A DNA stretch of 64,000 nucleotides from a virus, in the IMG/VR virus record IMGVR_UViG_3300043446_003513, positions 1 to 64,000 of that record; one strand, 5' to 3'. Within the stretch, counting starts at the first letter, position 1. The number at the start of each line of letters is the position of its first letter. The notes under the pieces were generated by a model, which was not told the DNA's origin, did no database searches, and saw only the letters and a list, made by a program, of their open reading frames with translations. Below are positions 58,675 to 64,000 of this stretch, piece by piece. The translations under genes were made by a program, and so were the position numbers.

Positions 58675-59251
58675 TTTTATTTTCCTCATTTTTGTTAACT
58701 GGAATATCAAAAATTATGGTTGCTCTGGGCTCAAAAATTACAGCTTGATGTATTATACCCGTTGGTATATAAATAACATCTCCAGGAGATAAAATATATT
58801 TTTCATATTTTAATCCTCTAAAGTCTATGGGCTCTCCAAAATTACATGGAACGTCTTCATAGATTCTATACTCCACGCTTCCAATACATTGCCAAGAAAT
58901 CACATCTTGTGGATCTTTGTGTGCACTATAAAGGGCTTCTTTGCCAACAAAATTTATTAAGGCTTTTGCATACCATTCTTTTTTTTCTTTAAATAAATAT
59001 TTTTCTGCATTTTTAATTTCTTGAAAAAATGTTTTTTTATTTAAAAATGTTGCAACATTCCAAAACTGTGGATCAAATTTATTGTACATAAAAATGTCAG
59101 TACATTTATCTTCTTTAAAAACAAACTCGTCTTTTGATCCGTGTATAAAATCTTCATGTGGATTATTAAATTTATAATCCAAAGCACGAATAAAGTCTTC
59201 CCAGTGTGGCACTATTGGTAAAACATTTTTTTTGTATTCTACCACATTCAT
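58661..59251 (-). CDS. JmjC/cupin-type hydroxylase
   Basis: AHKDPQDVISWQCIG, L.PGDVIYIP.G..H. Confidence 0.75.
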   Translation of the reverse strand: MNVVEYKKNVLPIVPHWEDFIRALDYKFNNPHEDFIHGSKDEFVFKEDKCTDIFMYNKFDPQFWNVATFLNKKTFFQEIKNAEKYLFKEKKEWYAKALINFVGKEALYSAHKDPQDVISWQCIGSVEYRIYEDVPCNFGEPIDFRGLKYEKYILSPGDVIYIPTGIIHQAVIFEPRATIIFDIPVNKNEENKNASI

Positions 59252-59265
59252 TAATATCCTTAATA

Positions 59266-59294
59266 TAAAAGCATGGCGCGATGCGCCATGCTTT
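59266..59294 (-). terminator. Intrinsic terminator
   Basis: aaagcatggcgc/gcgccatgcttt. Confidence 0.65.
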
Positions 59295-59301
59295 ATTTTA
59301 T

Positions 59302-59925
59302 TTATTTCTTTTTAGGAGCAGATTTTTTAGCTGGAGTTTTAGCTGGTGCTTTCTTAGCAGCAGGTTTTGCTGGTGCAGCAGCTTTTACTTCCTTCTTTTT
59401 TACTGGAGTGCCAAATGCTGGTCTGCCGAATCCAACAATTGCAACTGGCTTGCTTGGCATAACCTTAGATCCGTTTTTCTTCTTGTATGCTCGACGCTGT
59501 AGGCAAACCTCTCCGCCATTTCTTTGATCTCCAGCCTTTGCCTTTGTTGTGTTTCCTTCAATGACCATGACTGTTCCATCGCCGTTGTCTTTTACAACAA
59601 TTCCAACGTGTGAAATTCTATCTACGCCATCATTTGGAAAATCAAAATAAGCAATGTCTCCTGGTTGTGGGGTTGCCTCTTCTGCCTTTTGCCATGTTCC
59701 AGCCTTCATAAATGCTTGTGCCCCCGCTGGAGTATAAACAGTATTTGGCATTTTTACTTGTGCTTCATTTGCACACCACATGACAAAGCTTCCACACCAT
59801 GGCTGGAAATTTGATCCAGTAAATGCGCCAAACTTTGTCTCGTTGTCTTTTGGACCCTCGACATATCCTTCTTCCGCTAAAGCAATTTCTACTAGTTTTG
59901 CTGCAGAACCTGGTACTGCTGTCAT
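59302..59925 (-). CDS. CHAP-domain endolysin with Ala/Lys/Pro-rich tail
   Basis: PWCGSFVMW, PGDIAYF, SHVGIV, IEGNT. Confidence 0.88.
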   Translation of the reverse strand: MTAVPGSAAKLVEIALAEEGYVEGPKDNETKFGAFTGSNFQPWCGSFVMWCANEAQVKMPNTVYTPAGAQAFMKAGTWQKAEEATPQPGDIAYFDFPNDGVDRISHVGIVVKDNGDGTVMVIEGNTTKAKAGDQRNGGEVCLQRRAYKKKNGSKVMPSKPVAIVGFGRPAFGTPVKKKEVKAAAPAKPAAKKAPAKTPAKKSAPKKK

Positions 59926-60386
59926 TATTCTCCTTGATTATTTATAATAGTTTTTAAAGATGAAACCATTTTCCATCTAAATTTTTCATGCACGGCAATT
60001 CTATCTGCAAAAAAGTTTGCCACTCCTTGCTCGCCAGCAATGTTTGCCATATTAAATGCATTCTTTAGGTCTTCAATAATTCTTTCATTAGAAACTACCA
60101 AAGACTTTAGCATGTCTGTTGGATTATTAGTATTTCCTAGATCGTACTTTACATTAGAAGTCATAACAGCTTTTGCAGCATCAAAATCTGCATACTGTCC
60201 AAAAATTCTAATCCATTCAGCATATCCATCTATAGAATTCCATGCATCGTTATATATTTCTGAGAAAAAATCATGGAACTGATTAAAAAGAATTCCTTCC
60301 GTGTTCCAGTGATATCCATGTGCCTTTGTGTAGTAAACAAAAGCATTGGCTTGAAGTAATCTTAATTGTTGAATCAGCGTTTCCAT
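59925..60386 (-). CDS. dps: Dps/ferritin-like protein
   Basis: KAHGYHWN.EG..F..FH.FF..IY, D..AE.IR, H.K..W. Confidence 0.9.
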   Translation of the reverse strand: METLIQQLRLLQANAFVYYTKAHGYHWNTEGILFNQFHDFFSEIYNDAWNSIDGYAEWIRIFGQYADFDAAKAVMTSNVKYDLGNTNNPTDMLKSLVVSNERIIEDLKNAFNMANIAGEQGVANFFADRIAVHEKFRWKMVSSLKTIINNQGE

Positions 60387-60434
60387 TGATCCCTCCTTAA
60401 ATGTTTATAATCATTATACCATTTATATATTTTG

Positions 60435-60506
60435 AGCCCCCAGAGGGATTTGAACCCCCGACCTACGCATTACAAGTGCGTTGCTCTACCTCTGAGCTAT
60501 GAAGGC
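60435..60506 (-). tRNA. tRNA-Thr(TGT)
   Basis: Cloverleaf; anticodon arm ACGCA-CT-TGT-AA-TGCGT. Confidence 0.9.
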
Positions 60507-60510
60507 GTTG

Positions 60511-60583
60511 CGCCTTTGGCAGGAATCGAACCTGCGACCTAATGCTTAGAAGGCATCCGCTCTGTCCCCTGAGCTACAAAGGC
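60511..60583 (-). tRNA. tRNA-Arg(TCT)
   Basis: GCCTTTG/CAAAGGC acceptor; CT-TCT-AA loop. Confidence 0.92.
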
Positions 60584-60589
60584 GTGTAT

Positions 60590-60748
60590 TTATTTTTTAC
60601 TATTTTTAGATTCTGAAGCATATAATGCTTTTAAATGTGCCAATGCTCTAGATTTGCTTGGATGGCAACCAACTAATTCGTTAGTTCCTTCTTTTACAAC
60701 AGCAAATCCTTTGCAACCAGCCGCATTTTGTTTTATTTGCCAAGGCAT
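60590..60748 (-). CDS. Small phage protein (52 aa)
   Basis: MPWQIK...GC..FAVVK...VGCH.....A...ALYASE; manual translation. Confidence 0.6.
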   Translation of the reverse strand: MPWQIKQNAAGCKGFAVVKEGTNELVGCHPSKSRALAHLKALYASESKNSKK

Positions 60749-61042
60749 CTAGTCTTCCTCTCCTGGAAATTGAAACAATCCATACTCTTCAGCCAAAGAT
60801 ATCCCTTCGTCTGTTAATTCAAATGTTGCCTCTAATTCCTCATTATATGAGACAGACAATAATCCTTTTTCGTAAAGATCCATGAGCATTTCATCAACAT
60901 TTTGTTGATGCGCCTTCCATAAAAGAGGAGCCACCTCTTTTGCCTTTTTTGTTATTCTAAACATAAACTCTCCATTTTCGTCTATGCCAGTTAATTCTAC
61001 AGCGCCCACTTCAAGGTAGTATTCTAGATCCTCTGATTCCAT
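60749..61042 (-). CDS. Acidic hypothetical protein
   Basis: RBS gaggag. Confidence 0.65.
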   Translation of the reverse strand: MESEDLEYYLEVGAVELTGIDENGEFMFRITKKAKEVAPLLWKAHQQNVDEMLMDLYEKGLLSVSYNEELEATFELTDEGISLAEEYGLFQFPGEED

Positions 61043-61072
61043 AACTTCTCCTCAATGTAATTATACAATAAT

Positions 61073-61789
61073 TTAAGAAAATTCTCTAACTATCTCGTCT
61101 AATATCTTTTTATTAAATTCTTGTTTTAAATGATCTAATTTAAAGTTTATAAATCTTGGATCTAAACAATCTATGCACTCATGGCACTCAAAAGACTCGT
61201 CTAGCCGATCTACTCCTAAAATATCTTCTGTGCTTATTGGTTCTTTTAATCCAAATTCTTTCAAATATTTTCTTAAAAAATATTTATATTCTTTATGATA
61301 TGGAAATCTGGATTGAAAATCGTAATTCGGGTTACCAGATCCTAATGGGTTAATAAATTGTGGAATTGGTTCTATAAATTGCAATTTGTATCCTTCAAAA
61401 AAATTTAAAGTTTTTTCAATATAATTTTTTATTACAACTTCTGTATTTTTTTGATGAGGTAAATGTGCTTTTATGTCAATATACCCAAAAAATGGAAAAA
61501 CTGTAAAATCTTTTGTAATTGTTTTTTTAATACAGGGATATTCCCCTCTGGTATATGAACATGAATAAGCGGAACCTCCCCTATGACCAGAAAAATAAAC
61601 ATCAACTGGCAAATTTTTTGATTTAGTAACATGAAACATTACGCAATCTGAATGATAATTAAAACTATCATCATGTTGAAAAATTTCACTATCTGGTTTC
61701 CATGTGCATCCGTCTACATGATCTTGTCCTTCTAACCCTATAGAATTTCTTAATCTAAATGTATGACTATCTCCTATAATATATAACAT
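61073..61789 (-). CDS. SGNH-like hypothetical protein
   Basis: IIGDSH start, G.ID...HL and late DH motif. Confidence 0.5.
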   Translation of the reverse strand: MLYIIGDSHTFRLRNSIGLEGQDHVDGCTWKPDSEIFQHDDSFNYHSDCVMFHVTKSKNLPVDVYFSGHRGGSAYSCSYTRGEYPCIKKTITKDFTVFPFFGYIDIKAHLPHQKNTEVVIKNYIEKTLNFFEGYKLQFIEPIPQFINPLGSGNPNYDFQSRFPYHKEYKYFLRKYLKEFGLKEPISTEDILGVDRLDESFECHECIDCLDPRFINFKLDHLKQEFNKKILDEIVREFS

Positions 61790-61803
61790 TAATAACCTCT
61801 TTC

Positions 61804-62385
61804 TTAAAGTTCAATTAGTTTTCCATTGTATGATTTGTCTGCATTTAAAATAATTTTTGAAATATTTTTTCTTATATCGTCTGTTATTGTAGGTGGAGAT
61901 ATACAAAAAATAGCTTGTTCATTTTTTGCATATAACGAAAAAGATCTCGCAAAAGATTGTATAGCTCCCTTTACTGCAGATAAATTAAAATCTTCATAAG
62001 GTACATTTGCAACTAAAGAAGAAATTAAAATTAAATGTCCGTCCTCGTCTAAAAAATTAAATAAATTATAAACAAGATATATATAATTAAACAAATACGA
62101 ATCATAGTAAATTTTAATTTTTTTAAAGTCTAAATTTAAATAATCTGAAGGGAAAGCATTTCCAGATAAAATAATTATTTTTTTATATTTATTGTTTGCC
62201 TTGTTTATAAAATTATCTATAGATTCTTTATTTTCTAAATCCAAATATTGCCAATTGTATTTTGAGTTTATTTTAAACCTATTTCTATAACTTACCAGGG
62301 ATATTAAATAATTTTTTTCCTCTAAGTCTTTACTTAAAAAATTAAAAATACTACTGGTCCCTCCAACTACTAAAACATTTTTCAT
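61804..62385 (-). CDS. Short-chain dehydrogenase-like protein, possibly degenerate
   Basis: VLVVGGTSSI, LDL, ILISS; LSAVK in place of YxxxK. Confidence 0.65.
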   Translation of the reverse strand: MKNVLVVGGTSSIFNFLSKDLEEKNYLISLVSYRNRFKINSKYNWQYLDLENKESIDNFINKANNKYKKIIILSGNAFPSDYLNLDFKKIKIYYDSYLFNYIYLVYNLFNFLDEDGHLILISSLVANVPYEDFNLSAVKGAIQSFARSFSLYAKNEQAIFCISPPTITDDIRKNISKIILNADKSYNGKLIEL

Positions 62386-62405
62386 AAAATCCTTTCAATT
62401 AATTG

Positions 62406-62479
62406 TACACCAGGTAGGACTTGAACCTACGATAACCGAATTATGAGTTCGGGGCCTTGACCAACTTGGCTACTGGTGC
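62406..62479 (-). tRNA. tRNA with CAT anticodon (Ile2 or elongator Met)
   Basis: CCGAA-CT-CAT-AA-TTCGG arm; lacks the GGG/CCC initiator stem. Confidence 0.88.
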
Positions 62480-62489
62480 AAGACCTAAA

Positions 62490-62738
62490 TTATAGCGTTC
62501 CATCTTGATTTTTGTCAATAGATTCTTCTACAATTTGCTGCACATATTCAGAAAAGTGTTTTCTAATACTACCAGCTGGTCTTGCTCCAATTAGTTTCCA
62601 TAATCTTGTATATTCCATTATATTTGCAAAAGTTGTTGGACATACTTGTATTCCGTTATATTCTTTTAATATTGTAGGCAATGGAACATGTTTTCCACAA
62701 CACTTACATTCTTTTGCTTTTTCTTGATAAATGCTCAT
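62490..62738 (-). CDS. Hypothetical protein
   Basis: ATGA overlap with terminase. Confidence 0.6.
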   Translation of the reverse strand: MSIYQEKAKECKCCGKHVPLPTILKEYNGIQVCPTTFANIMEYTRLWKLIGARPAGSIRKHFSEYVQQIVEESIDKNQDGTL

Positions 62739-64000
62739 AATATCATCATGTTTTCTATTGAATCTTTTAAATGCTCTGGCATTCTTGGTGGCCTAATCAT
62801 ATTTTGCACATGCTCCTGCTCTCCATCTGGTTCTATTAAATCATTATCTTCAATTAAAGATTCATATGTATGAATTTTAATTTCATTATTTCCATCAAAT
62901 CTAGATCTGCTTATTGCATTATAAATAGATCCACACACCGCATCCGCCAAGTCCTTGGAACCTTTTCTTGGGTGGTCTACTCTATCACGCATAATTTTTA
63001 ACTGAAGTAATTCATCTATTAACAAGGGGATGTGCGGACCAATTAATCTTTCTTCTAAAACTACCATAGCCATATCGTCATAATGTTTTTTAGCAACAGA
63101 TAAAATTTCTGTGTTAATGCCATATTGTTTTAATTGCTGCATCATGTCATGAGAATTCCATCTGTCAAAAGTACAAACCCTTATTTTAAATCCTTTTGTC
63201 CTTAAAGATAAAATATAGTCTTTGACTTCTGTAAAATCAACAGACTTATCAGCTGTAGGCGTCCAATATCTTACAGCATCAATTTCAACAATTGGTGCTG
63301 GCTGAGAATATGTATCTGTTACTTTTACATTTACCCACTTTTGAACATGAGAAAGAGAAACCGCACAATGGTCATGTTTTTGTGCTAAGTCAACATGCAT
63401 AAAATATTCTTTGTCTGGATCTGGAACAAACCAGTTTTCAAATCTTCCAAATTGATCTATTGCTAATGACGTATTTCTAAATGCTACCTCAATTTTTTCT
63501 CTTGATTTAAAAAATGCATCAATTGCTTCTGGTGGCATACACGCAAATCTGCCAAGGGCGTCTGAAGAATTTTTATAAAAAGAAACTTTAAAATCATCTA
63601 TGCTTCTGGTTGGATTAACTTCCCAGGTAGGTCTTTTAAGAGCGTACACCTTTGGAACTGCATATGAAAGAATATGATCTTCTTCCCATTGAATTTCAAA
63701 TTCGTTACCCTCTACCCCATCTGGTAAATCAATATCCATTTTAAATTTATGCGTTCTTATCACCGTTTCTTTTTCTGCAATTACTGAATCATAAAATTTT
63801 TGAATGGGATCATTTTTAAATCTTGGGAATGAAAGAAGAATAACCTTTCCAAAGTCGGGAAAACGAGAATCCACGGAGGCACGATACATATCATATATCG
63901 CATCTGCTGTTTTTGCTTGATCGTGTCCAGTTGTATTTTCTGTAGCAAATCCAGAAATTTCATCTAGAATAACAACAATTACGTTATATCCTTCCCATGC
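62735..64000 (-). CDS. Terminase large subunit, runs off the right edge
   Basis: Frame open to the edge; Walker B VIVVILDEISGF, LLSFPR, nuclease motifs HVDLA..HD, FDRW and DHP..GSKDLADAV. Confidence 0.9.
   Translation of the reverse strand, partial: AWEGYNVIVVILDEISGFATENTTGHDQAKTADAIYDMYRASVDSRFPDFGKVILLSFPRFKNDPIQKFYDSVIAEKETVIRTHKFKMDIDLPDGVEGNEFEIQWEEDHILSYAVPKVYALKRPTWEVNPTRSIDDFKVSFYKNSSDALGRFACMPPEAIDAFFKSREKIEVAFRNTSLAIDQFGRFENWFVPDPDKEYFMHVDLAQKHDHCAVSLSHVQKWVNVKVTDTYSQPAPIVEIDAVRYWTPTADKSVDFTEVKDYILSLRTKGFKIRVCTFDRWNSHDMMQQLKQYGINTEILSVAKKHYDDMAMVVLEERLIGPHIPLLIDELLQLKIMRDRVDHPRKGSKDLADAVCGSIYNAISRSRFDGNNEIKIHTYESLIEDNDLIEPDGEQEHVQNMIRPPRMPEHLKDSIENMMIL

Noticed and set aside
1-64000. 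Alternative genetic code, prophage status, DGR or retron
   Set aside because: Genes read intact in code 11; no suppressor tRNA, integrase, host flank or reverse transcriptase seen

Overview
This 64-kb window is part of a large, AT-rich tailed phage (Caudoviricetes) genome. The host is very probably an actinobacterium, based on WhiB, an Lsr2-like protein, AhpC/AhpD, GAAAGGA ribosome-binding sites and leaderless genes; a freshwater acI-type host is plausible but unproven. Layout: (i) 1-25.6 kb, minus strand: prohead protease, portal, LamG protein, a block of seven 2OG-Fe(II) oxygenases plus a DUF6065-like gene, tail/fibre genes, holin, class II ribonucleotide reductase and a glycosyltransferase. 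(ii) 25.7-31.7 kb: transglycosylase, small genes, more oxygenases and SpeD. (iii) 31.75-44.2 kb, plus strand: an early region of tiny genes separated by repeated regulatory cassettes. (iv) 44.3-64 kb, minus strand: redox and auxiliary genes, proteases, WhiB, a PA14/FN3 surface protein, endolysin, Dps, tRNAs and the terminase large subunit. Two candidate undescribed systems stand out. First, an FN3 protein with 12 tandem PPxFFx hexapeptides and a C-terminal Hint autoprocessing domain heads an operon of seven prolyl-hydroxylase-like enzymes, suggesting a phage post-translational modification system. Second, the early region holds 13 promoters matching the actinobacterial PafBC (RecA-NDp) DNA-damage motif, a rigidly spaced 53-bp upstream element, CRP-type sites, repeated small pseudoknots, and a stand-alone sRNA whose hairpin loop is the exact complement of the AACGAAAGGAA ribosome-binding site shared by the early genes. 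All calls come from reading the sequence by eye; no database searches were run.
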